Shown piece after piece: positions 1-10,661 of a DNA stretch of 64,000 nt. Position numbers and translations under genes: made by a program. The stretch comes from Geosiphon pyriformis uo1 (taxonomy: Eukaryota > Fungi > Glomeromycota). Within the stretch, counting starts at the first letter, position 1; every line of letters starts with the position of its first letter. The stretch is from positions 418,797 to 482,796 of the forward strand of contig JAAOMT010000198.1 of NCBI GenBank assembly GCA_016748015.1, written 5' to 3'. The notes under the pieces were generated by a model, which saw nothing but the letters and a program-made list of their open reading frames with translations, had not been told where the DNA came from and ran no database searches.

Positions 1-2349
1 CAAGTTCAAAGCCAGATGCATTAGTGTAAAGGATAAAGGGTTGATCTAGATCAAGTTGCTTAAGGATGGATTCTGTAACCAGTTTTTTCTTTAAAGTTTC
101 AAAGGCTTTTTGCTGATGTGTTCCCCAATGGTAATTGACATTTTTTCTGAATAGCTGATTGAAAGGAGAGACAATTTTGGAGAAATTCTTGACAAATTTG
201 TGATAATAAAAGACCAAACCAAGAAAAGAGCATAGTTCATGAATGTTTATTGGTTGTTTGATGTTTTGGACTTTTTCAACTTTGGCTGGTTCAGAAAAGA
301 TTCCATCTTTTGTGATAAGATGACCAAGAAACTGGATTGTCTTCCAAAAAAAGATTTGATTGGGTTGATCTTGAGGCCAGCATTTCTGAGGAGGTCAAAA
401 ATCTTTTGCAAATGTTCCAGGTGTTCATTCCAGGTTTTTGAGTATACTATTATGTCGTCCAAATAGACTAGAACAAAAGTTTTCCTTGACTGATTCAAAT
501 ACTTTATCCATTAAGCATTGAAAGGTGGAAGGGGCATTGGTGAGACCAAAAGGCATGACTGTGAATTCATAGGTACCATACTTAGTAATAAAAGCAGTTT
601 TCTTTCTGCTTTCTGAATCCATCTCTACTTGCCAGAATCCAGCAGTTAAGTCAATGGTTAAGAAGAAAACAGCATCTTTGAATTGATCTAATATTGCATC
701 AATTTTGGGAAGTGGGTACATGTCTTTTTCAGTAATGGTATTTAATTGGTAGTAGTCAACACAGAAGTGTAGTGTTTCACTTTTCTTGAATACCACTACA
801 ACTGGGAAAGCCCATTCACTCTTGGTTTCTTGATGAATCCAAGTTCTTTTATCCAGTTTATCTCTTTCTTAATAAACTCATCATTGCACCAATTGGATTG
901 ATAAGGCTTCAAATGGATGGGTCGAGTTTCTTTGGTGGTGATAGTGTGTTGTATCACATGGGTATGTCCAGGGGTATCACTTTCTTTGAAGATAACTGGG
1001 CTATTTCTAGCCAGCAAATTTTCAATGTCTATTTTTTTTTCTTCTGGAAAGAGTTCTTTTTGTTCTACAACCAGTAATTGGATCTCAGGTGGTTCATTTT
1101 CAAAGGACTTCTGTACTTCTTTCAATTCTTTTTTGAGTATCAAACTAATTGGTTCCCAATCTCTGTAATAGATTAGACATGATTTGTATTTATTGCTTGG
1201 AGAATACAAGAGTTTGTTGCACCAACACCAGGCACAAGAACCATACCACCAAAAACTGTATTTGGCTTTTTTGCCAGGTTTTCTTTCAAAGGTTCTTCTA
1301 TGAATATCATAATAAGGCCAGCAGATCAGTTTGCCATTTACAATGATTCCTTCTTTGTTTGCTTTAACATTGTCCAGTGGTTTGCTATTGCTGGTGAAGG
1401 TGGTATAAGCGAGTTCAACAGTTTTTTCTTGCTCTTCTTGTTCTTCTTTTTCATCACTCTCTTCATCATTTGATTCATCTGATTGTTCTTCTTCTTGGTT
1501 TTGTTTGGGTACTGGGGGAGTTGTTCAATGGTGACACTTAACCACAATGGGTTTCTCACCACATCTGATGGTTAATTCACAAAGTTTATAATCAAGCAAA
1601 GCTTTTGCTTTTTTGAGTTATTCATTGCCAACAATGATGGTGTATTCCTTGGCTTTAGAAACTTCCATGTCAGTTTCAATGCTGATTCCATTGATGTGAA
1701 CAGAAACAGCTTTGGCAATACCCAATCCTTTCTTTTTGTTACCATATACATTGGTCATTGGTTTGGTGGAAGGTTCATCAATCTTTTTACCAATTGCTTC
1801 CAAGAAGTGTTTGGCAATGACACTAACAGATAATCCACTGTTCAGAATTAAGTCAATGAAGTATCCAGCCACTTGGGCTATACAAATCAGAGGGATAACA
1901 TTGCTGTTGTTAGCAAGTCCAGCTTGGCAAAGACGCTTGTTGGTTTTTGGTGTCTTCTTCTTTGGAATCAAGGATTTGCAAAGATCCTTTCTGAACTGTG
2001 GATGGGTCATTAACTGGCCAAAGGTAATATGTGCTGGGGTTTCCATGAGATCTTTGACAATGGAATAGAATCCAGATTTTTGTACAATTTTTGGGGTTTC
2101 CAACTTTGGAGGATTCTTAAAAACTTTAGCCTTTGGTGGCTCATTGTTATTAGCAGCAGAAGTTGAGGCTTTGTTGGAGTCTAGAACGAAATCAACTTTG
2201 GCTTTCTTCTTCTTTCTGGTTGGTTCTGAGGTGTTGATTGCTAATTCATCCATGTTATGGTCATCATCAGTTAAGTTAAAAGCATAAAAGGGGTTTTCTT
2301 CTGGTTGGCTTGCACTCTCACTCTTTGGAGGTGTGCCTACCAGTTTAAA
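1..2349 (-). pseudogene. pol: pol of element A (protease, short Cys-rich linker, RT, start of RNase H)
   Basis: ORFs 1618-2253 (PR), 425-796 and 247-498 (RT, YLDD); FILYTNASG RNase H start near position 20-40. Confidence 0.88.
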
Positions 2350-2351
2350 GG

Positions 2352-3908
2352 CTAATAAACAGTGGCTTCAATTAGAGAATCCTCTTCAAAGAAATTGATG
2401 TTGGCATAATTGGGTCTTTGATTGGGGACATTGTTGTTGTTGTTGGATCTGTTATTTTGGTTGTCATTGTTTCTGGGAGCTGGAGGAGGCAGTGGAGAAT
2501 TGTTACAATCTCTTAAATAATGTCCAGTTAATTCACAACAATAGCACACAGGTGGGCCACAATTTTGCTGTCTTTGATAGGGAGATTGCTGGGGCTGGTT
2601 AAAATGAGGTTCATATTTAGGTCTTGGTGGTTGCTGGTTATCTCTGACTGCTTGTGCCAATGGTTCTAATAACCGGGCAAGATTAGCTGTGAGTCTATTT
2701 ATCAATTGTTCATTTGGGTCTTGAGTTTGGGCAGCAAAAGAAATAGCAGCTACTTGAGGAGCAGGAGCCATAACAGGAGCAGGAGCAAAAACTGGAAGTG
2801 TGGATCCCAGATGCATCCTTTGGTTATCTTCAATTTTTTGGGTGAGTTCAATAGCCATATTTATTGTAGGGTTGTCTTTCAGAGCCAAAAAAGGCTAAAG
2901 AGCATAAGATAAGTCAGTTCTCAATCCTTTTGTAAAGGAATGAATCTTTTGTTCATCTGTCAAGTTCCTTCCAAAGTCTACTCACTTGATTAACTTTCTG
3001 ATTGCTTTGGCATATTTGGTTACAACTTTACCAAGACCTTGGGTTTTTTTTTTCAGTTCCATGCATCATTTAGATATTAAAATTGGGGTTCTGAACTTGT
3101 TTTCAAACTGGGTAGTGAAAGAGGTATTGTTTTCTTCTGCATCTGCTGGTGTCCATCTGATAATTCTGTGCTGAATATTGACATTGGTTTCTTGTGAAAA
3201 CCATGTGGCAGGAGAGCCTTGAAGGTAGCCACCAACAATTTGGAACTTGTACTTATCATCATATTGGTTGGCAGTAGCTGCTCTTTCAAAATTGTCTAAC
3301 CATTTAATTGGATCTTGTGCATCACCTCTGAATAATGGTAATGGGATGTTGTTTCTTCACCCCAAAGCAGTTTGTATGTCTTGGAGAGCGGCTAGAATGT
3401 TTGCTTGCATTGAATCTTGGGCCATTGGTTCAGGAGTTACTGTTTGAGTGGAATGATTTGAATCACTTGGAAAGAAATCAAAAATAGAAGCAGTTTGGTA
3501 ACTTTCTTCTTCTGTTTCAAAAGGGGTTTCAGCTAATTGATGGACAGCAATCCAAATGTGAATTTGGTGATTTAGATATTCGAATTCAGGAGGTTGTTGT
3601 TCAAAGGTTGTTGAGTATAAGAGCTAATTGATATTGTTGTTTTTTTCTTTAAAGTTGTTTTCAAAGTAAGCTTGGTTAAAGTAATAGATTGTGTAGGCTG
3701 TGTAGGTTTTAGCTAAATGCTTATTCAGGAACCAGTTCCAAAAGTCTTGGAATTGTCTACTGAATTGTTCTTCAAGAGGGAAACAAATTAAGCAGAATGG
3801 CAAAGGATTGAGTTCAATAAAGTCTAGATTGTTTCTGTTGTGTGTTTTAAAGTGTTCTGCTGATTGTTGTGGTAGGTATGAATAATCACCCATACAATAA
3901 GAAAACAA
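2352..3908 (-). pseudogene. gag: gag of element A (disrupted)
   Basis: ORF fragments with retrotransposon capsid-like FRGDAQDPIKW, Q/P/N-rich C-terminus and zinc knuckle; premature stops. Confidence 0.8.
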
Positions 3909-3922
3909 GTGGATTTTAACAA

Positions 3923-3939
3923 CCTCACAGGGAGCACCA
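3923..3939 (-). promoter_or_regulatory. Primer-binding site TGGTGCTCCCTGTGAGG (tRNA 3' end ..CCTCACAGGGAGCACCA, Ile(UAU)-like)
   Basis: Starts TGG, 6 nt inside the LTR; variants follow the LTRs of D (20153), F (45781) and G (56104-56120). The tRNA identity is inferred from resemblance to eukaryotic tRNA-Ile(UAU) 3' ends. Confidence 0.8.
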
Positions 3940-3945
3940 CTTTTA

Positions 3946-4626
3946 TGTTATGGGTTGGAGTAACAAGCTAACGGATAGCAAGAAAGAACAGGATTGTAGG
4001 GTAATAGAAATAATCAAAGGGAAATTCAATTTTAAAGAGCAAATTAAATAAGTATGGATTCAATGTGCGAGATCAGTCTCATAAAATATCTTAGTTGCTA
4101 TTCTTTTCAAAGGTAACTGGGGAATCTGAAGGTAGAGAGATAGTCTATACTGTCAAAAATTGATCACCATTGGTATTAATTCTATGCCTTCACGTTGGTG
4201 CTCTTAGAATTCAATATCAGATATCAACTTGTGCTCTTCAATTACATTTATACAAATAGTTTTCAAATACTACAATTATTCAAACAGAAAAAAGGCCAAC
4301 AAGTAATTTTTTATTCTAAGATGTTTAGATACTTGAAGGTAGGGAAAGGAAATTTAGCAATAAGAGAGTAATTGAGATGAAAGTTGTTATTTTTATTTAT
4401 TTAATTCTTGTCTGAGAGATGATTTTCTACAGCTAAAAGACTCATTGCTTATATAGCTATTGAAAGTGGTCAATGACCAAATCAATGACTAGGTCAATGA
4501 TCAGGTTAATGATCAGGTTAATGATTAGGTCAACAATTACTATTTAAAAATAGAGTGGCTAATTATATGACATCAGTGGCTAATACATGTGATAACTAAT
4601 AAAAATTATGGGTTTCAACCATAACA
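3946..4626 (-). repeat. 5' LTR of element A (681 bp)
   Basis: TG..CA termini with inverted repeat TGTTATGG..CCATAACA; 12-bp U3 tandem repeats; TATATAA box; homologous to 18892-19648 and 26450-27135. Confidence 0.92.
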
Positions 4627-5285
4627 CTATAATGTATTGTGTTAATACACAATTCTCATTAATGACTAGGTAAGTTGAGGAATCCCAATAACTGCAGTCT
4701 GGCATCAAGCAATCTCTTGCCTAAATGGTTATCTACATGACAAAGGTGAGATCTGAAGAATGGCCAATGCCAAGATAGAAGGCACTTCATCCAGTGAGAT
4801 CTTAAAAATAAAAAACAATTCCTCTGAACCAGTTGAAGTTGTTCTTATTCCCAACACCTTTTTAGATATTGAGACAGGTCCAGAGGAATTCCATAAACAC
4901 TACCAAAATTTAGCACTCATTCGAAAAAAACAAGAACAGCACTTGGAAGAAATAAATACCCAATTATGTGACTACTGTTTGATCCCATGTGACTTTTAGT
5001 ATTGTAATGAGTGTGACCTTATCTACAATCCAACACCATACAAGATCTACACAATCCCAGAAGAGAAAAAACCAATCAGCAGCTGTATATCAGAATTGGG
5101 ATTCAACTTTTAACCTTAATTCAAACCCTGATAACAATGACAACAATAGTTCCAGCTCCATTCAAAATGGCAACAGTAATAACAACAGCAATTTAAACTC
5201 AGATTCAGACTTCGAACAGTACATCACACTTCTTGATCTCTCTAAGAAGCAAAAATTCAGATGGTTCAATAACAATAATGAAGAT

Positions 5286-5684
5286 ATTATGCCAGAATGT
5301 GTGCATAATACTGATGTAGAGTTTGATCTGAGATATCTGAGAAAAGATACTATCAAATTGGAACCATATTCACATACTTGTATTGATCTCAAAGTTGTAC
5401 TGAAAATTTCTGCAACAACAATGGTTCAATTAGCATCTAGAAATAGCTTAGTGAAAAAAAGAGTCAGCATCAGAAAAGAAATAATTGATGCCAGATATGT
5501 GGGAAATATCATTGCTATGCTATAAAATGACTCAAAAAAGGCCTATATCATAGAGCCAAATAAAAAAATAGCACAAGCAATATTCCTACCTCTGATTAAA
5601 ATAGCTCAATTAATATCAGTGAAAAACAGGGAAGAATTAGGAATTACAGCTAGAAAGATACAAAGATTCAGATCAACAGATAGA
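5286..5684 (+). pseudogene. dUTPase domain of element B
   Basis: Motifs DVEFDL, SRNSL, IIDARYVGNI, KKIAQAIF, RKIQRFRST (decayed RGxxGFGST). Confidence 0.85.
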
Positions 5685-6113
5685 ATAGATATACCAGTTA
5701 ATATGGCAGAAGAAAAGGTTATTGACAAGGGAGAAATTATATCCAACTGTCAATCAATTTCTATTCCGCCATATAACTAGTACATGTTAACTATAGAAAG
5801 AAAAGTGAAGAATTAGGCACAAATTTTTGAAGCAGAACCAACCATTTGTGAATTAAAAAAAATTGGACTTATCAATCTCTACATACCAGCCAAAAACAAA
5901 AACCATATCAAAATTCCCATTTACAATACAATAGGAAACATCATAGAAATACCAAAAAGAACCACCATTGAGTATTTAAGCACTGAAGTTGAAGAACAGA
6001 CACCAAACCCCATTCCAGATTTCTTACAGCTTTGTGGATATGTGGATATCATATCACAAACAATTTATGGATGAAACAAATATTATCTGCTCCAACCAGA
6101 ACAATTTGAACAA

Positions 6114-7486
6114 ATGAACATGGAAAACTTAGACCCACTTCAACATATGCAGCTCAAGATGTTACTCAACAACTTTAATGACATTTTTGCCAGCGAAAAT
6201 GAATTTAGCTGTACTGACATCATTCAGCATCAGATCAAGACTGGAGATGTGATGCCAATAAAACAACAAGCATACAGAGTACCACCAGCCAGCCATAAAA
6301 TCATTCATCAAAAAATCAATTGGATGCTTGACAATGGGCTAATTCAGCCATCAATAAGCCCATGGTCATCACCAGTGATACTAGTCCATAAGAAAAATGG
6401 GAAAATTTGCTTTTGTGTAGATTACAGAAAACTGAATAGAGTAACAAAAGGAGATAGCTACCCAACTCCAAAGATTCAAGAACTGTTTGATGCTTTTGAA
6501 GAAAAGAAATGGTTCTCAACTTTGAATTTAGACAGCAGTTACTGGCAAGTAGCCATGAAACCGGAAGATAAAGAGAAAACAGCTTTTACAATATAAGAAG
6601 GGAATTTCAAATTTGAAGTAATGCCATTTGGTTTAATGAATGCACCAGCCATCTTCCAATAACTAATGGAAATTGTTTACACCAGATTACTATAGAAATC
6701 AGTAGTTGTTTACTTAGATAACACAAATGTGTTTTCTAAGACATTCAACAATTATTTGTATCATTTCCAACAAGTATTTGAAAGACTAAGAAGAGCCAGA
6801 TTAAAATTAAATGCAACCAAGTGTTTCTTTAAAAAAACTGAATTCAAGTTTTTAGGACAGGTTGTAAGCAAAGACAGTATCAAAATAGATCCAGACAAGA
6901 TCGAAGTAGTCAAGAACTTTCCAGTACCAACCAACTTGACAGAACTATTACTGTTTTATCAAAGATTTTTCTAAACTGGCCCAGCCATTATACCAGCTCC
7001 AATCAAAAAACATTAAGTATGAATAAACAGAAAACCAGCAAAAAGTTTTCAACATATTAAGAAGAAAACTTATTTAAGCTCTAGTGTTGATGTATCCAAA
7101 TTACAGCAAATCATTCATTATCACCACCAATACATCAGACCAAGCATTAGAAGCAGTACTATTGTAAAAAAAACCAGATAGAAAAGAACATCCAGTAGTA
7201 TATGCCAGCCGAAGTTTGAGTCCAGCTGAAAAAAACTATGGAACACCAGCATTAGAACATTTAGCAATCTATTAGGCAGTCATAAAATAAAAAGAATACT
7301 TAAGCCAGAAGTTTGACATATACACTGATCATAAAAAATTGACTTTAATCCAGAAGCAAAAATTTGGAGATAATCATTACACTCAATGGAAAATAGAGCT
7401 TTCACTATTTAAATATATCATACACTACAAAAAAAGAAAAAAAAAACAGAAATGCCAATGGTTTATCATAAATAAGACAAATCTAA
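6114..7486 (+). pseudogene. pol: RT + RNase H of element B
   Basis: SPWSSPV, FCVDYRKLN, YWQV, MPFGL, YLDN, YASRSLSPAEKNY, YTDHK; stop at 7484-7486. Confidence 0.9.
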
Positions 7487-7516
7487 GAACACTTCAACCC
7501 AAAAATATAACAAAAA

Positions 7517-8862
7517 ATGAATAAACAAAAATATCAACAACTTCAACATTTTATAAATACCCAATGGTTTAAGAAAAAATTATCTCAAAAGGAACAAAAC
7601 CATATTAAACAACAGTCCAAATATTTTATCACTTACCAAAATATACTTTATCAAAAAAACAAAAAGAATCCAAATCAACCAACCAGAATAATCACAAAAC
7701 CAGAGAAAGAAACAATATTATTTAACATGTACTCTGATCCAATAGCAGGATATTTTCACAAAAAAGCAACCATGGAAAGAACCAAAAATAGATACTATTG
7801 GCCATCCATGTACTCAGATATCATCCAATACATGCAAAATTGTGATGCTTGTCAGAAAAAAGGAGAAACAAGACCTAGCAAGCCATTAAGACCAATCAAA
7901 GTAGGACAACCATTTGAGCATATTGGAATTGACTTAGTTGAACCATTAACAATAATTAGCAGAAAGAACAGGATTATCTTACTAAATGGCCAGAAGCAAA
8001 AGCAATTCAAAGAGCAGATGCAGAATCTGTTGCCAAATTTGTTTATCAAAATCTGATTTGTCAACACGGATGTTCAAAAAAATTATTATCCAACCAAGGA
8101 ACTCACTTTGTGAATAGAACATTAACAGAACTGAGTCAAAGATTCAGAATAAAAAGACTATTATCATTACTATATTACCCACAAACCAATGAATTAGTTG
8201 AAAAATTCAATAAAACATTGTGCAAAATTATAGCCAAGATCAGCCAAGAAAACCAGAACAAATGGGACTTATTCATACCATCAGTATTATTTGCTTATCG
8301 GATGATAAAGCAAGATACTACACAAGCAACACCATTTGAATTAGTATACAGTAGAACAGCAACACTACCAGTTAAGATAGAAGTCAATACATATCCAATG
8401 GAACCAATAATAAAAGACAATTTCTAAAAAACATTGCTGAAAAGAACATATAACATAATGGAAATGCTAGAAAACAAATGGCAAAAAACAGCTGATAATA
8501 TTCAAAAATCACAAAAAAAACAAAAAGAAAGACATAATAACCAACTACTAGATAAACCAGTCGAATTCAGAATTGGAAACAAAGTACTGTTATATTATAC
8601 CAAAGTAGAAAAACAGTGGAATAGAAAGTTTGATCCAAAATGGGACAGACCATTTCACATACACAAAATTTTAGGAAACAGATCTTACAAGTTACGATTA
8701 AAAAACAGAATTCTAAAAAAGACAGCACATAGAAATCATTTAAAAATTTATCAAACACAAGGATTAACATCAGTGAAACCACAACTAAAAGCACAAATTC
8801 CATTAATCAGACTAGAAAATATACCACAAAATATGGAACCAATGATAATCATCAAGACATAG
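7517..8862 (+). pseudogene. Integrase of element B (separate ORF)
   Basis: HHCC zinc finger remnant (YYWPSM..CDACQ), GIDL, YPQTNELVEKFNKTL, GPF-like KWDRPF..SYKL. Confidence 0.9.
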
Positions 8863-8870
8863 TTATACAC

Positions 8871-9713
8871 ATGTCGAAATCCAGATATTATGTGCATATA
8901 AGCCTCAAGACCACAAAAAAAGGAATAATAGAAATTTCAAACATGAACTTTTCAGACAAAATTTTAAAATTATCTAAACAATTATTTAACAAAATTCAAA
9001 AATCTATATCTCAAATAGAAATTATAATCGATAAAAAAGAGATAAGATATAGAGATAAGGGGAAAAAAAGGATGGGTGAGAGTTCAACTAGAACTAATTG
9101 TTCCTATTCTTACACTCCATCTAGGAAGAAAATTTTACAAAAAAGAATTAAATATACTTTTTGGGCAGGACATGGAGAAAAAGGAGGGGAGGAAAAAGAA
9201 GAAATGAAAAAATTAGATAGAAGACAAAAACAATTATATACAACATACTTGGTTTTTGAGCTAAAAAAAATTAAAAAATCTTTAGCTTATGAGACCAAAC
9301 TCTCTGAAACAGGGGAGTAGACACCAGAGAATGCCCAGGAGTAAAAAGAAAAACTCCTTTCAATATATTGGTTTTACAAAATCAGAGAACAACTAGACTT
9401 AGAAAACCCATATGGAGACTATAACCAGAAAACTTTCAACAAAAAAGCAATGTGACAAGTAGAAAAATTCATAGGAAGGAACAACCTGACACTATACTAC
9501 AAGACAGCATGTCAATTATACATCACTTTTTGACATTGTTCAAACATATTATTGGATAAATCTTTGAAAAAGATAACAGTCAACAACATAGGACAAATGA
9601 TCAATCAATAGTTTGAAGATCTACAAAAAGTCATAGTCGACATAACCATCAAACATTACACGAACAAAGTTCTATTAACAGACATAACTGATTTTGCAGG
9701 AGCTCAATATTAA
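8871..9713 (+). pseudogene. ORF3 (unknown, non-env) of element B
   Basis: Highly similar to 52920-53735; ends DFAGAQY* at the PPT. Confidence 0.7.
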
Positions 9714-9728
9714 AAAAGAAGAAGATAA

Positions 9729-10661
9729 TATTACTTGAAGAAAGAAAGTCTATTAAAGAAAAAAAAAATATGACCTAAAGAAAAATATAATGAAACATAA
9801 AGGGACACAAAATAGCACACAATAATGTTGGATAATACATTATAATGTTGGATAATGTATTATAACATAGGATAATGCATTATAACATAGGATAACATGT
9901 TATAACACGAGATAACATAAAATAATGTCAGATAATGTTAGATAATGTATTATAACATAGAATAATTAGTTATAACATAAAAAAAACGAAGTAATAGCTA
10001 ACAAAAATATATGATCCAAAGCAATCCTGTAAAACTAGAAAATACATATATATAGTAGTAGCATTAGAAGCAGAAAAAAGGAGACAGAGACAGAAATTCT
10101 TTAGTTACTATTCTCTAGTTAAAAATCATAGCATTCCAAAATATTAATAAATATACTTATTCAGCATCTTAAATCCAGTTGTTCACTATTAATCCTAAAT
10201 GATAATAATAATTAAGACTTAAAACATGTGGAAACAATAGCTCTTAATCATGGCTATTAACAGAATACTAACTTACATTGCCTTGACTTATTGTCTTTAT
10301 TTTTCTTTATCTTTTTTATTTTGTCCTTATTTTGTTGAGTATACTAATTGATTAAAGATTAAGTGCTAAGTATTGACATCAAAGATTGCCTAGTAAAAGA
10401 CTCCTACGAGTGGGTAGAATGTGTAAGAATTATGGATTGCTTATCAGAGGATTACTGACCACTATGCTGAGAAAAAAATTGACAGAATTGCAATTATGGG
10501 AAGCTACAAATAAAATAACACAGAAATCTCTGTTCATTATACAAAGAACTCCAATCAAAACCTTCAGATCAAAACACCTTCAAACATTATGAATGTTATC
10601 CATTGAGCACCAAGTTATGAGTTTGTATTTGTTTTGAAACCCCAAATAATCACCTGTAACA
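9729..10661 (+). repeat. 3' LTR of element B
   Basis: Follows purine tract AAAAAAGAAGAAGATAA; begins TATTAC (TGTTAC decayed), ends TGTAACA; 3' half matches the G LTR 56123-56667; 10/20-bp ATAAC array at ~9810-9980. Confidence 0.88.

Larger units (their letters stand above)
1..4626 (-). mobile_element. Element A: 5' half of a Ty3/Gypsy LTR retrotransposon (A/C/D family, no dUTPase), running off the window start; inserted into element B
   Basis: 5' LTR 3946-4626, PBS, gag with CCHC-like knuckle (CYCCELTGHYLRDC), protease-like LILNSGLS (DSG decayed), RT motifs (FCVDY, MPFGLTNAPSTFQ, YLDD). Colinear with D at 19649-27135. Confidence 0.93.
4627..10661 (+). mobile_element. Element B: 3' part of a dUTPase-carrying Ty3/Gypsy element, interrupted by A and inserted into LINE K ORF1
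   Basis: Cys-rich linker, dUTPase, RT, RNase H, integrase, ORF3, PPT, 3' LTR 9729-10661 ending TGTAACA. Confidence 0.92.

Noticed and set aside
6114-7486. Alternative genetic code (frequent in-frame TGA/TAA/TAG)
   Set aside because: Stops fall at different positions in different copies and derive from TGG/CAA/CGA transitions, so they reflect decay. The exception is the conserved post-RNase H stop reported above.
8871-9713. ORF3 as an env gene
   Set aside because: No signal peptide, transmembrane segment or Cys pattern typical of envelope proteins.
9810-9980. Regular short repeats resembling a CRISPR array (also 44845-45030, 57335-57474)
   Set aside because: No unique spacers or cas genes; these are tandem arrays within LTR U3 regions.
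10225-10265. Possible hammerhead ribozyme (GAAAC followed by a stem)
   Set aside because: No CUGANGA core and no correctly placed UH cleavage triplet.
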